Positions 48,804 through 58,963 of a DNA stretch of 64,000 nucleotides are shown here, piece by piece. Location of the stretch: NCBI GenBank assembly GCA_031418535.1, contig JANOXS010000081.1, positions 107-64,106 on the forward strand, written 5' to 3'. The notes under the pieces are model-generated. The model was given only the letters and a program-made list of their open reading frames with translations, was not told where the DNA came from and did no database searches. Numbering within the stretch: the stretch's first letter is position 1; each line of letters opens with the position of its first letter. The translations under genes and the position numbers were made by a program. Origin of the DNA: Hyphomicrobiales bacterium. GTDB lineage: Bacteria > Pseudomonadota > Alphaproteobacteria > Rhizobiales > Aestuariivirgaceae.

Positions 48804-50290
48804 AATCTTGGAAGTTCGGGATGGGCCATTCGGCCGCCACTAATGTGGACCCGGCCCATTTCGGCACAGGCATGCAAAGTAGGAAAAACTTTGCCCGGGT
48901 TTAAAAGTCCGCGCCCATCAAACGCACATTTTAACCGCAGCTGTTGGTCAAGATCAGTCTGTGTAAACATCTCTGGCATCAAATCACGTTTCTCAACGCC
49001 GACGCCGTGCTCCCCCGTTAATACGCCGCCGACTTTCACACAAAGTCTTAATATATCAGCGCCAAATTTTTCGGCTCGGTCCAATTGTCCATCTTCGTTT
49101 GCATCAAACAAAATTAAAGGATGCAAATTGCCATCTCCGGCATGAAAAACATTGGCAACGCGTAAGTCATATTTTTTCGAAAGCTTGGCCATGCCCGCCA
49201 GAACTTCAGGCAATTTTTTGCGTGGAATGGTTCCGTCCATGCACATGTAATCTGGCGATATACGACCCACTGCAGGAAAGGCCGCTTTGCGCCCTGCCCA
49301 GAATAGAACACGTTCAGCTTCAGAATTTGAAATCCGCAAAGTCTTCGATTTATTTTTCTTGGCGATGGCAGAAACCCGTTCAATTAAGGAATCAACTTCA
49401 ATCGATGGACCGTCGAGTTCAACAATTAACAAGGCTTCAACATTCAACGGATAATTAGCATGAACAAATTCTTCTACGGCGTGTATTGCGGGCCGGTCCA
49501 TCATTTCCATTCCACCGGGAATAATGCCAGCTGAGATTATATCCGCTACACACTGTCCCGCATTTTCGCTTGATGAAAACCCAACTAAAACTGCGCGTGC
49601 CGTTTCAGGTTTTTGTAAAATGCGCACCGTAACTTCCGTCACAACACCAAGAAGCCCCTCTGATCCCGTCATGATGCCGAGCAGATCATAGCCTTCACTG
49701 TCCAGATGTTTGCCGCCCAAACGAATGATTTCGCCCGTAATCAAAACCATTTCGATTCCGAGAACATTGTTAGCGGTTAGACCATATTTCAGGCAATGAA
49801 CGCCACCTGAATTCTCTGCCACGTTGCCGCCAATGGTGCAGGCAATTTGTGAAGATGGGTCAGGCGCGTAGTAAAAGCCTTTATGCTCGACAGCTTTGGT
49901 AATTCCCAAATTGGTAACGCCGGGCTGCACCACGGCGCAACGATTTTCAAAATCTATATCGAGAATAGAATTGAATTTTGCCAGTCCTAGCAAAATTCCA
50001 TCTTCAAGTGGCAGCGCCCCACCCGAAAGCGAGGTGCCGGCGCCACGCGGCACAATTTTTATTTTATTCTCAAAAGCATACCGCAAAATCTGCGAAACTT
50101 GAGCAGTGGTTCGTGGCAACACGACGAGCATCGGCATTTGCTTGTATGCGGTCAGGCCGTCTGACTCGTAAACCCGCATTTCTGTTGCATTATCAATCAC
50201 GCCCTCACCCGCAACAATACCGCGCAACGCAGCAGCGATTTCGCTGCGCCGAGCGAGCACTGCCACATCGGGCTTTGGCATTGTAAGCAT
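48800..50290 (-). CDS. glcD: Glycolate oxidase subunit GlcD
   Basis: FAD-linked oxidase. MLTMPKPDVAVLARRSEIAAAL... is the preferred start, which removes the overlap with the upstream gene. Confidence 0.92.
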   Translation of the reverse strand: MLTMPKPDVAVLARRSEIAAALRGIVAGEGVIDNATEMRVYESDGLTAYKQMPMLVVLPRTTAQVSQILRYAFENKIKIVPRGAGTSLSGGALPLEDGILLGLAKFNSILDIDFENRCAVVQPGVTNLGITKAVEHKGFYYAPDPSSQIACTIGGNVAENSGGVHCLKYGLTANNVLGIEMVLITGEIIRLGGKHLDSEGYDLLGIMTGSEGLLGVVTEVTVRILQKPETARAVLVGFSSSENAGQCVADIISAGIIPGGMEMMDRPAIHAVEEFVHANYPLNVEALLIVELDGPSIEVDSLIERVSAIAKKNKSKTLRISNSEAERVLFWAGRKAAFPAVGRISPDYMCMDGTIPRKKLPEVLAGMAKLSKKYDLRVANVFHAGDGNLHPLILFDANEDGQLDRAEKFGADILRLCVKVGGVLTGEHGVGVEKRDLMPEMFTQTDLDQQLRLKCAFDGRGLLNPGKVFPTLHACAEMGRVHISGGRMAHPELPRF

Positions 50291-50292
50291 TT

Positions 50293-51450
50293 TTACCTCA
50301 ATGAAGGTGGCCGCGCGTCCAGCCATGCGCCGCCTGCCGCGTTAGAATCGACTGCTGCTTGAATGGCAGCAATGGACCGAAGCCCGTCAACCGCCTTTGG
50401 ATAATGATCAGCCAACGGATCAATTTTGCGGCCCTCACGTTTTGCTGAAATTGCTTCGGCAAGATCAACATAAATGTTGGCAAAAGCCAGGGGCATTCCT
50501 TCTGCATGGCCAATGGCAATGCGCGAAGCACGGTCAGCTTCGGGCGACAAACCGGACCCGCCGCGTTCCAGTGTGATAGTGGGTTGATTGAGCGGAGTAT
50601 AGAATAATTGATCCGGCCATTGTTGCGACCAGCGCAGGCCGCCTTTTTCTCCGAACACACGAATGTTCAAACCATGCATAGAGCCCACAGCAACCGAACT
50701 GGTCCACAGCCGCAGTCGCGCACCACCATCCATTTTGAAATTCACCATGGCATCGTCTTCAAGGGTACGGCTTGCCAAACATGAGGCAAAATCAGCCGAC
50801 AATTCTAGAGCCTCTTGTCCAGACACAAAACTGGCCATGTGCAGCGCATGAATGCCACAATCGGCAAATTGCGCTGAAACACCAGCCAGCGCCGGGTCAT
50901 AGCGCCAGCGCACCCGCGGGTTATCGGCATCGGCTTCATCGGCATGAAAGCCATGAGCAAACTCCGCTTTGATCAACCGAATATTACCAAGGTCACCACG
51001 CATCACCATGGCCCGCATGTGCCGCACCAAAGCATAACCCGTGTAGCCATAGTTGACAGCGCAAACTGCGCCCGTGCGCTTTGCTGTGGCCACAATATCT
51101 TCCGCTTGGTCCACGGTCACAGTCATGGGTTTTTCACACAGCACATTGATACCAGCATCGAGAAACGCTTTTGTAATTTCATAATGTGTTGAGTTTGGCG
51201 TGGCTACAGTTACAAGATCAACCTTGTCTGCACGGCTGCACTCGCCAACCAGCATTTCTTTCCAATCACCATATGCGCGATCTTTGGCGACACCCAATTT
51301 CTGAGCATAGGCCCGGCCCTTGTCAGCATTTGCGTCGAGCGCTCCAGCTGACAGAGTGTAGAGGCCATCCATAGCAGCACTGATGCGATGTGCAGGCCCA
51401 ATTTGGCTGCCTTCGCCGCCACCAATCATGCCCCAGTTTAATTTCGACAT
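50293..51450 (-). CDS. Gfo/Idh/MocA-family oxidoreductase
   Basis: N-terminal Rossmann fold (WGMIGGGEGSQIGPAH...) and family architecture; 385 aa. Confidence 0.82.
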   Translation of the reverse strand: MSKLNWGMIGGGEGSQIGPAHRISAAMDGLYTLSAGALDANADKGRAYAQKLGVAKDRAYGDWKEMLVGECSRADKVDLVTVATPNSTHYEITKAFLDAGINVLCEKPMTVTVDQAEDIVATAKRTGAVCAVNYGYTGYALVRHMRAMVMRGDLGNIRLIKAEFAHGFHADEADADNPRVRWRYDPALAGVSAQFADCGIHALHMASFVSGQEALELSADFASCLASRTLEDDAMVNFKMDGGARLRLWTSSVAVGSMHGLNIRVFGEKGGLRWSQQWPDQLFYTPLNQPTITLERGGSGLSPEADRASRIAIGHAEGMPLAFANIYVDLAEAISAKREGRKIDPLADHYPKAVDGLRSIAAIQAAVDSNAAGGAWLDARPPSLR

Positions 51451-51465
51451 TTTACATTCCCGATT

Positions 51466-52581
51466 CTAAATTGATTTTACATCGACCCAGCGCCGCAAAT
51501 TATGCGACACAAAAGCAGCTTCGATCACCTGGTTTACCAAGAGTCCATCTTTGAATGTTGGCCAGCTCGATTTTCTATCAGATATTGCATTTAAAAAATC
51601 TTTGGCTTCGATAGTAATTTGATCCTGATACCCAGTGCCATGGCCCGGCCCTAAACTAAATGGTTTATAATCAGGGTGCAGGGGCCCCGTTAGAATTTTC
51701 GTAAATCCTTGGCGGTCAGCTTTGGCATCCCCCTTATAAAGCCACAGCGCGTTCTGGTCTTCCCCATCAAACCGCAATGCCCCTTGGGTGCCAAACACTT
51801 CGTAAATATAACCCATCTTTCGACCAGTGGCCACACGGCTGACAAACAATGAACCCATCACACCAGATTCAAAGCGGCACATAATTTGTGCTTGGTCATC
51901 ATTTGTCACAAGCCTTGGTCCTGTGGGCGACGGCCGCGAGGTATGAACTGTTTCAATATCCGCGATGAGGGAATCAATCGGCCCCATTAACGCAAATGCC
52001 GCATTGATAATATGAGGGGAAAGATCGCCCATATTGCCCGACGCGCGGGACTCGCAACGCCAATTGAAAGGCTCATTGGGATCAGCCAAAAAATCTTCAG
52101 TGTGCTCGCCCCGAAAAGAAGTAACCCGCCCAATTTCGCCAGAATGAATAATCTGGCGCGCCAGTTGCGAAGCGGGTGTCCGGATGTAATTAAAACCCGT
52201 CATGTGCACGCAACCACTTTTTTCGGCTGCGTCCAACATAATGCGGCTTTCAGCTAAGTCCATGCCAAGGGGCTTCTCGCAAAATACATGTTTGCCCCGC
52301 GCAAAAGCAGCGAGCGCAATTTCACGGTGGGTATCTTGTGGGCTGGCTATAACCACAGCTTCAACTGCAGGATCATCAATAAGCAAACGCCAATCCGCAG
52401 TTGATTTATTAAACCCAAACTGATGCGCTTTCTCAGCAGCGCCTTGAGCCGTAGTTGTGCAAATAACTTCAAGGCTTGGTCGCAGTTTTGTATTAAATAT
52501 TGCGCCAACGGCATTCATGGCCACAGCATGAGCTTTGCCCATATAACCGCCACCCACAATACCAATTCCAATTTTTGTCAT
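51466..52581 (-). CDS. Gfo/Idh/MocA-family oxidoreductase (inositol 2-dehydrogenase-like)
   Basis: IGIGIVGGGYMGKAHA...EKP motif. Divergent from the iolC-iolB-aldolase genes. Confidence 0.82.
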   Translation of the reverse strand: MTKIGIGIVGGGYMGKAHAVAMNAVGAIFNTKLRPSLEVICTTTAQGAAEKAHQFGFNKSTADWRLLIDDPAVEAVVIASPQDTHREIALAAFARGKHVFCEKPLGMDLAESRIMLDAAEKSGCVHMTGFNYIRTPASQLARQIIHSGEIGRVTSFRGEHTEDFLADPNEPFNWRCESRASGNMGDLSPHIINAAFALMGPIDSLIADIETVHTSRPSPTGPRLVTNDDQAQIMCRFESGVMGSLFVSRVATGRKMGYIYEVFGTQGALRFDGEDQNALWLYKGDAKADRQGFTKILTGPLHPDYKPFSLGPGHGTGYQDQITIEAKDFLNAISDRKSSWPTFKDGLLVNQVIEAAFVSHNLRRWVDVKSI

Positions 52582-52652
52582 GTCTCACATTCAATATAAT
52601 TGCACTTAATCGCAACCGTAACTAAGTTCGCTGAATAAGGACAGTGGCAAAC

Positions 52653-53594
52653 ATGAACAACAAACAAAAATTTCTGGTGCTGGGCCGGGCAGGACTGGAC
52701 CTCTACGCTGATCCACCGGGAACGACCATAGAAAACACTCTTGCGTTTAGCGCCGCATTGGGTGGCAGTGCTGGAAACATTGCAGCAGGCATTGCAAAAC
52801 TCGGGGGGGCAGTTGATTTAATTACTGTCGTTTCGAAAGACGCGATCGGTCGATACACACTGAACGAACTATCAAAATATGGCATTGGCACACAGCTAGT
52901 AAATGAAAGCGGCGGAGAATCGCGCTCCACTCTGGCTGTTGTCGAGACCAGGTTGGAAAATTGCCAATCGGTGATTTATCGCAATGGCGCTGCCGATTTT
53001 CAGTTACAGGACAGTCATGTCAGAAACATTCCATACAGTGACTACTGGGCATTGATCGTAACTGGAACAAGTTTAGCGGTGGAACCTTCACGCACTGCAA
53101 CTTTATTGGCAATTCAGCTCGCAAAAGCAGCAGGCGTAAAAATTATTTTGGACGTTGACTACCGCGCCTATTCTTGGATCAGCTCTGAAGACGCGCGCAA
53201 AACGTGTTTGAATGCTGCACAGCAAAGTGACATTGTAATTGGCAATGATGTTGAATTTGCCGTGATGGGTGGCGACATGGAACTGGCAAAAACGTTTGAT
53301 GCCGAAATCGTCATTTACAAAATGGGTGAAAAAGGCTCTGTAACTTTTAGCAAAGGGACTTCTTTCGAAACCGGAATTTTCAAAGTTGGGGCCTTGAAGC
53401 CGACAGGAGCGGGGGATTCATTTATGGCAGCTTTTGTCACAAGTCTTAGGTCGGGGCTAGAATTGGAAACCTGTGTGCGCCGCGGTTCTGCCGCAGCCGC
53501 AATAGTTGTAACCCGGGTGGGCTGTGCGCTAGCCATGCCCACACAAGATGAACTTTCAAATTTTATGGTGACCCATGCACATTCCTCCATTTGA
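52653..53594 (+). CDS. iolC: 5-dehydro-2-deoxygluconokinase (PfkB family)
   Basis: ...LVLGRAGLDLYADPPG...FSAALGGSAGNIAAG... with a GAGD motif near the C-terminus. A GTG at 52644 is an alternative start. Confidence 0.8.
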   Translation: MNNKQKFLVLGRAGLDLYADPPGTTIENTLAFSAALGGSAGNIAAGIAKLGGAVDLITVVSKDAIGRYTLNELSKYGIGTQLVNESGGESRSTLAVVETRLENCQSVIYRNGAADFQLQDSHVRNIPYSDYWALIVTGTSLAVEPSRTATLLAIQLAKAAGVKIILDVDYRAYSWISSEDARKTCLNAAQQSDIVIGNDVEFAVMGGDMELAKTFDAEIVIYKMGEKGSVTFSKGTSFETGIFKVGALKPTGAGDSFMAAFVTSLRSGLELETCVRRGSAAAAIVVTRVGCALAMPTQDELSNFMVTHAHSSI

Positions 53595-54417
53595 CAATAA
53601 AAATAAACCGATTGTAGATGTCGAAGATTCTTCGGTGCCGCTCAATTATTTTAACATTGTGAAACTTAAACAAGGCCAAAGTTTCGAATATCAAGTGCCG
53701 GGATATGAAACTGCACTTGTTCCGGCAACAGGCACTGTCGATATTTCAATTGAAGGCGAGAATTTCAAAGCAATTGGCAATCGTGGCGTGGATGTTTGGG
53801 ACGGTGAGCCAGAGGGTGTCTATGCGCCAACTGCGTCGAAAGTTCAGATAGTCTGCACGTCAGAAAATGCTGAGATTTTCGTGGCGGGTGCAAAGTTCGC
53901 GCGAACACTGCTGCCCTTCGCGGTGCGCGTTGCCGACATTGATAAAATTCAATACGGGTCCGATGACACAAAAACCCACCGCAAAATAAAACACATTTTC
54001 GGCACGAAATATAAAGACCGGGTAGGCCGTTTGTTGGTCTCCGAATTGTTTACCGTAGGGGCTGGCGGCTGGTCAGGCTTTCCGCCCCATAAGCATGACA
54101 CTGATCGTTTGCCGCTTGAGACACGGCATGATGAAACTTATAATTTTCGCTTTCGTCCCAACCATGGCTTTGGATTGCAATTGGTGCAGCACGAAGATGG
54201 TAAGGTGGGACAAGCCTTTCATCTGGTTGATGGATCAACGATCACTTTGGATCAAGGTTACCATCCTTGTGTCGCTGCACCTGGCTATGAAATGTATTAC
54301 TTCACAATTTTGGGCGGACTGAGCCAAAGGCCACTCATTCAATATTTTCAACCCACCCATGCCTATCAAGTGGAAACCATTCCCGGAATTAAAGATATGA
54401 TCGCGAAGTTTAAATGA
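53575..54417 (+). CDS. iolB: 5-deoxy-glucuronate isomerase
   Basis: 280-aa cupin-type IolB-like sequence that overlaps both neighbours. Confidence 0.8.
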   Translation: MHIPPFDNKNKPIVDVEDSSVPLNYFNIVKLKQGQSFEYQVPGYETALVPATGTVDISIEGENFKAIGNRGVDVWDGEPEGVYAPTASKVQIVCTSENAEIFVAGAKFARTLLPFAVRVADIDKIQYGSDDTKTHRKIKHIFGTKYKDRVGRLLVSELFTVGAGGWSGFPPHKHDTDRLPLETRHDETYNFRFRPNHGFGLQLVQHEDGKVGQAFHLVDGSTITLDQGYHPCVAAPGYEMYYFTILGGLSQRPLIQYFQPTHAYQVETIPGIKDMIAKFK

Positions 54418-55241
54418 CCTGTGTCACATTAAAGGATGTATTTAAAAAAAATAGCGCCGTGGCAGGTTTGGTTGTTCTCGGTTGGGAAGATGCAAAGGCT
54501 TATGTTGAGGCAGCCGAAGAAACTGGCATTGCAATAGTCCTACAAGCTGGTCCCGGAGCTCGCAAATATACGCCGATTCCAATCTTGGGAAAAATGTTCA
54601 CGCATTTGGCAGAACGAGCCCGCGTGCCCATCGTCTGTCATATTGACCATGCAACCAGTCTACAAGAATGCGAAGAAGGCATCGACAATGGCTTCGCGTC
54701 AGTCATGATTGACGGATCACAACTATCAATATCTGAAAACATAAAGCTTACAAGATCGGTTGTGGAGCTTGCACATAGGGCGGGCGTTTCGGTCGAGGGC
54801 GAAGTAGGGCAGGTGGGCTATACGGCCGGAGCTGCATCGAACCTCACGTCCCCAGAGGAAGCCAGACGCTTTGAGCTTGAAACCGGTGTAGATGCTTTGG
54901 CAATTTCAGTTGGCAACGTTCATCTTAATACCGAAAAGACCAACGGCATAGATTTTGAAGCGTTGCATGCAATTGAAGCAGTGACCAAATCGCCATTGGT
55001 GCTGCATGGCGGCAGCGGCATTCCGTTTGAAATTCGGCGCAAACTTGTGCGGGAAACCCGTGTCGCCAAGTTTAATTTTGGAACAGAATTGCGACAGGCA
55101 TTCGGCAACGCGCTGCGACAATCACTTCAAAACCAGCCAGACGTATTTGATCGCTTACAGCTTCTTGGCCCCACGATTCCCGCACTGCGCGAAGCGGCAA
55201 AAGTCTCAATATACTCGGTGGCCGGCGACGTAAGTCGCTGA
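54414..55241 (+). CDS. Class II ketose-bisphosphate aldolase family protein (IolJ-like)
   Basis: ...HIDHA...VMIDGS...HGGSG... class II aldolase motifs; 275 aa. Confidence 0.8.
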   Translation: MTCVTLKDVFKKNSAVAGLVVLGWEDAKAYVEAAEETGIAIVLQAGPGARKYTPIPILGKMFTHLAERARVPIVCHIDHATSLQECEEGIDNGFASVMIDGSQLSISENIKLTRSVVELAHRAGVSVEGEVGQVGYTAGAASNLTSPEEARRFELETGVDALAISVGNVHLNTEKTNGIDFEALHAIEAVTKSPLVLHGGSGIPFEIRRKLVRETRVAKFNFGTELRQAFGNALRQSLQNQPDVFDRLQLLGPTIPALREAAKVSIYSVAGDVSR

Positions 55242-56465
55242 TACGCAGCGGTCGTCTCCCAACAGCGCGAGTGCAAACAAGATATCCTCAATTGAATTCG
55301 AGATGGCGTGGCGTGCCGCAAGCACGGGCGTAGCCATAGGGTTCAAAACTATAATGTCGGCAAATTTTCCAAGGGCGATACTGCCAGTTTCATCAGCAAT
55401 TCGAAGGGCTCGGGCATTGGTCAGCGTGGCCATGAAAAACAGTTCAGCAGCTTTAAGTTTTCGCCCTTGAAGCATCTGAACTTTGTAGGTTTCACCTATT
55501 GTTTGCAACATGGAATATGATGTGCCGCCGCCTATATCTGTTGCCAAAGCAATGCTGTTGCGATCAGCAAAAGACATGAGGCCAGAGCCCAAAAATGTAT
55601 TTGAAGTTGGGCAATGAACTATTGTGCTGCCCACTTCATTTAATGCGCCAAGTTCGCGCTGCGATAAATGAATGCCGTGAGCAAATAAGCTTCGATCTGA
55701 AACCAAACCGAAGCGCTCGTATACGGCTGTATAGTCGGCCTCGTTGGGGAACAATTTTTTGACAAAGGCAATTTCGCCTGCACTCTCCGACAGGTGTGTT
55801 TGCATAAGCGCGCCAGCGCAGATCTTGAGTAATTCGCCAGCTGATTGAAGTTGAGCTTCCGTAGACGTAATTGCAAAGCGCGGCGTTACTGCGTGGCGTA
55901 AACGGCCTTGGCCATGAAAGCGCTGGTGCAGTTCTAAAGTCTCGACGGCCCCTAGTTCCACCGTGTCGTGTATGGCTGGAATGGCATTGCGATCCATCAA
56001 TGTTTTGCCTGTAACCAATGCCATATTGCGCTTACCCGCAGCTATGAAAAGTGCCTCGGCGCAAGCTTTATGTGACGAGCAAAACGCTAGGGCTGATGTG
56101 GTGCCATAGCGAAATAACGTGTTCAGAAAATTCTCTGCGGCCGCCGCTGCGTAAGTCCCATCAGCATAGAGTGCTTCTTCTGGAAAGGTATAGCGATGCA
56201 GCCAGTCCATGAGATCAACTGCCGCGGCGGCTAGCATTCGATTTTGTGGAAAATGAATATGGGCATCAATAAAGCCAGCCATCAAAATTTGATCGCCAAA
56301 ATCCTCGCGTGGCGAAAGATCAAAGGCGCGCGGCAGGAGTGACAGTGGCCCGTGAAATAAAATCCGCCCGTCATCACCAATGGCAATGGCACCGCGTGTT
56401 TCATAAGTCAGCTGATCGGCAGTGGTGCCAAACGAAGCAATTTGACCGAGCAAAATCTTTGTCAT
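55206..56465 (-). CDS. guaD: Guanine deaminase
   Basis: Amidohydrolase with ...GFIDAHIHFPQ...; 419 aa, in a purine catabolic context. Confidence 0.85.
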   Translation of the reverse strand: MTKILLGQIASFGTTADQLTYETRGAIAIGDDGRILFHGPLSLLPRAFDLSPREDFGDQILMAGFIDAHIHFPQNRMLAAAAVDLMDWLHRYTFPEEALYADGTYAAAAAENFLNTLFRYGTTSALAFCSSHKACAEALFIAAGKRNMALVTGKTLMDRNAIPAIHDTVELGAVETLELHQRFHGQGRLRHAVTPRFAITSTEAQLQSAGELLKICAGALMQTHLSESAGEIAFVKKLFPNEADYTAVYERFGLVSDRSLFAHGIHLSQRELGALNEVGSTIVHCPTSNTFLGSGLMSFADRNSIALATDIGGGTSYSMLQTIGETYKVQMLQGRKLKAAELFFMATLTNARALRIADETGSIALGKFADIIVLNPMATPVLAARHAISNSIEDILFALALLGDDRCVSATYVAGHRVY

Positions 56466-56968
56466 TCAGCCACTCGGTCGCTCAAACGAAAGCCAATTAT
56501 TTTGCAAACCTGTTGCAAGGCCACTTTATATTCATCTGCCCGTTCGTGGTGAATGCGCTGTTTAAAGCTATCTAGAATTTGATGTTTTGTGGCGCCTTTC
56601 ACAGCATAAATAAATGGAAAGCCATTTTGCGTTTTGTAGCGTTCATTCAAAGAATTGAATTCGGCAAATTCGAGAGGGTTGAGGGTGTCTAACCCTGCCC
56701 CTTTTTGTTCGTGCGTTGATTCAGTCGTAAGTTTTGCTTTCGTTGCCAAGTCAGGATGATGTCGCAAAAGCGAAAGTTGCCGATGTTCGGCGGCGGCAAA
56801 AACAGTTTCACCAAAAATTTGAATCATATCATCGCGTGAGTTAAAGTGCCGTTTTGCGGCTTCGGCTACCCATGGCGAGTGTTCGGCAATATCGCCAAAA
56901 CAAGTCACAAACTCTTGCAAATCCATTGCGTTAATTTGCGTTAAAGTAATCATTGCGCGGCCAACCAA
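56462..56968 (-). CDS. uraD: 2-oxo-4-hydroxy-4-carboxy-5-ureidoimidazoline (OHCU) decarboxylase
   Basis: ...HPDLA...EQ.GAGL... and ...FPFI.AVKG... motifs; 168 aa. Confidence 0.85.
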   Translation of the reverse strand: MVGRAMITLTQINAMDLQEFVTCFGDIAEHSPWVAEAAKRHFNSRDDMIQIFGETVFAAAEHRQLSLLRHHPDLATKAKLTTESTHEQKGAGLDTLNPLEFAEFNSLNERYKTQNGFPFIYAVKGATKHQILDSFKQRIHHERADEYKVALQQVCKIIGFRLSDRVAE

Positions 56969-58131
56969 GCCCCAAGCTTTTGGCGCTCTTCCAATGTCAT
57001 GCCAGTTTTGTTTCCAAGCGGCATGGCCTTGTTGCGCACGGCTTGTGCTTCAATTTGTCTAGAGTAGCGTTTTAAGTCATCCACGCTTGCAAACATGATG
57101 CCCTTTGGCGCTTGTTTTATTTTTACATCAGTGGGGTTGGCGGCGTGGCACGACTGGCAATGCGTTTGCACAATCGACATTACCTCAGTGTCACTGACTT
57201 TTAGTCCAGCAGGCACGATGGATGCCGCAGGCTCGGTGAGCATCACTGCGCACACGAGACAAAGCGCAATCACCGGAATGGTCCAAGCTATTTCGCTCAT
57301 CTCATCGTGCACTTCGGTGCGCAAAAGAAAATGCCGCGCAACGCCCCCACCCAGAACTACTAAACCCACTAAAGCCCAAGCTTGTGGATGGCCCGTGATT
57401 AATGCGTAGTGATTGCTGGTCATCATAAATAGAACCGGCAGTGTCAAATATGTATTGTGCAGCGATCGTTGCTTTCCCATGGCACCATATTTTGAATCAG
57501 GTTTTTCGCCGCGCAGAAGCGTGGCCGTAATTTTACGTTGATTGGGAATGATCACAGCAAAAACATTGGCCGCCATCATTGTGCCGATGAAAGCCCCGAC
57601 ATGAATAAAAGCCCCGCGGCCGGAAAACACATGTGAAAATCCGCATGCCGCAGCAACAATCAGTGCAAAAACACAGATCGCCAACCGCCCGGTATTTTGA
57701 CCGATCGCAGATCGGCAGAGGCCATCATAAACAAACCAACCACCCAGCAAAGTTCCAATCGAAATTCCTATGGCCTGCCACGATGTGAGTGCCATCACTG
57801 CAGGATCAATCAAAAAGAGATCAGCTTGAACATAATATTGGATGACCAGCAGCACAAAACCAGAAATCCATGCGAGATAAGCTTCCCACTTAAACCAAAT
57901 TAAATCCGGCGGCAGATTGTCCGGCGCTGAAAGATATTTCCGTACATGATAAAATCCACCGCCATGCACTTCCCACGCTTCGCCAGAAACACCGTGAGGC
58001 ATTGCTGCTGCTTTCCGCAAACTGAGGTCCAAGGCCACAAAATAAAACGACGTGCCAATCCATGCAATGCCTGCAACCAGGTGGCCCCAGCGCACCAGTA
58101 TATTCAGCCATTCAAGAATAAAAGGATCCAT
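56950..58131 (-). CDS. puuD: Membrane cytochrome c urate hydroxylase (PuuD-type)
   Basis: Polytopic N-terminal domain (WLNILVRWGHLVAGIAWIGTSFYF...) plus a C-terminal CQSCH heme c motif. Confidence 0.85.
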   Translation of the reverse strand: MDPFILEWLNILVRWGHLVAGIAWIGTSFYFVALDLSLRKAAAMPHGVSGEAWEVHGGGFYHVRKYLSAPDNLPPDLIWFKWEAYLAWISGFVLLVIQYYVQADLFLIDPAVMALTSWQAIGISIGTLLGGWFVYDGLCRSAIGQNTGRLAICVFALIVAAACGFSHVFSGRGAFIHVGAFIGTMMAANVFAVIIPNQRKITATLLRGEKPDSKYGAMGKQRSLHNTYLTLPVLFMMTSNHYALITGHPQAWALVGLVVLGGGVARHFLLRTEVHDEMSEIAWTIPVIALCLVCAVMLTEPAASIVPAGLKVSDTEVMSIVQTHCQSCHAANPTDVKIKQAPKGIMFASVDDLKRYSRQIEAQAVRNKAMPLGNKTGMTLEERQKLGAWLAAQ

Positions 58132-58132
58132 T

Positions 58133-58963
58133 TTAGCCCTGCGATTTTTGCAGATCGTAGCTGATCGGATGGGTTTTAGCCCTTATCATTTCGTCACACG
58201 CAATCAACTGCACAGCCACACCCGCTGCAATAACCGATGGATGTTTTGATTTGAGCCGTGAGGAACCAATCGGGCAAGTGAGCAACGTATGATCAACACC
58301 CACGTCGCGCAAACGTTTAAGAAACCTAGCACGCTTCGTTTCACTGCCGATCAAACCTACAAATTCAAATGCTGGATTTCGCAGAGCCACATCAACAATA
58401 TCAAAATCTAAAGCGTGAGAATGGCTCATCACAACCACAAATCCACTTTCAATCATCTCTGCGGGTGATCCTGAGCGGCACGTCACATTTTGCGGCACAT
58501 AGTTGGGGAAAGCATTTGGCCGTGCATCCCACCACGTAATTTTAAAAGCCAATGGAGCCAATGCTAAAACTAACGCGCGGCCCACATGGCCCGCCCCCCA
58601 CAGGTGAACGTGACGCAAATCTTCTATAAAAACGGCGGCACGGTCTTTCACCAGAGTGAGAGAGTTTTGGTCAAAGCTTTCGATTCTCAAATCAACACGG
58701 CCACCGCAACACTGCCCAAGATCAGGGCCTAAATGTTTACGAATCGTTTTTTGCGTAGGCGGTTTTCCGAGAAGGCTTTGCGCCTCTGCCATTGCATGCC
58801 ATTCCAACGTACCGCCACCAATCGAGCCATGAAATCCATGCGGGGTGACAATCATCCACGCGCCAACTTCGCGCGGTGTTGATCCTTCGGCAGCGATAAC
58901 TGTGACAAAAGCACACCTATCACCAGCTTCGAGTGAACCAAGTATTTTCAGATACGGATTCAC
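58133..58963 (-). CDS. xdhC: Xanthine dehydrogenase accessory protein XdhC
   Basis: 276-aa XdhC/CoxI-like protein directly downstream of xdhB. Confidence 0.88.
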   Translation of the reverse strand: MNPYLKILGSLEAGDRCAFVTVIAAEGSTPREVGAWMIVTPHGFHGSIGGGTLEWHAMAEAQSLLGKPPTQKTIRKHLGPDLGQCCGGRVDLRIESFDQNSLTLVKDRAAVFIEDLRHVHLWGAGHVGRALVLALAPLAFKITWWDARPNAFPNYVPQNVTCRSGSPAEMIESGFVVVMSHSHALDFDIVDVALRNPAFEFVGLIGSETKRARFLKRLRDVGVDHTLLTCPIGSSRLKSKHPSVIAAGVAVQLIACDEMIRAKTHPISYDLQKSQG

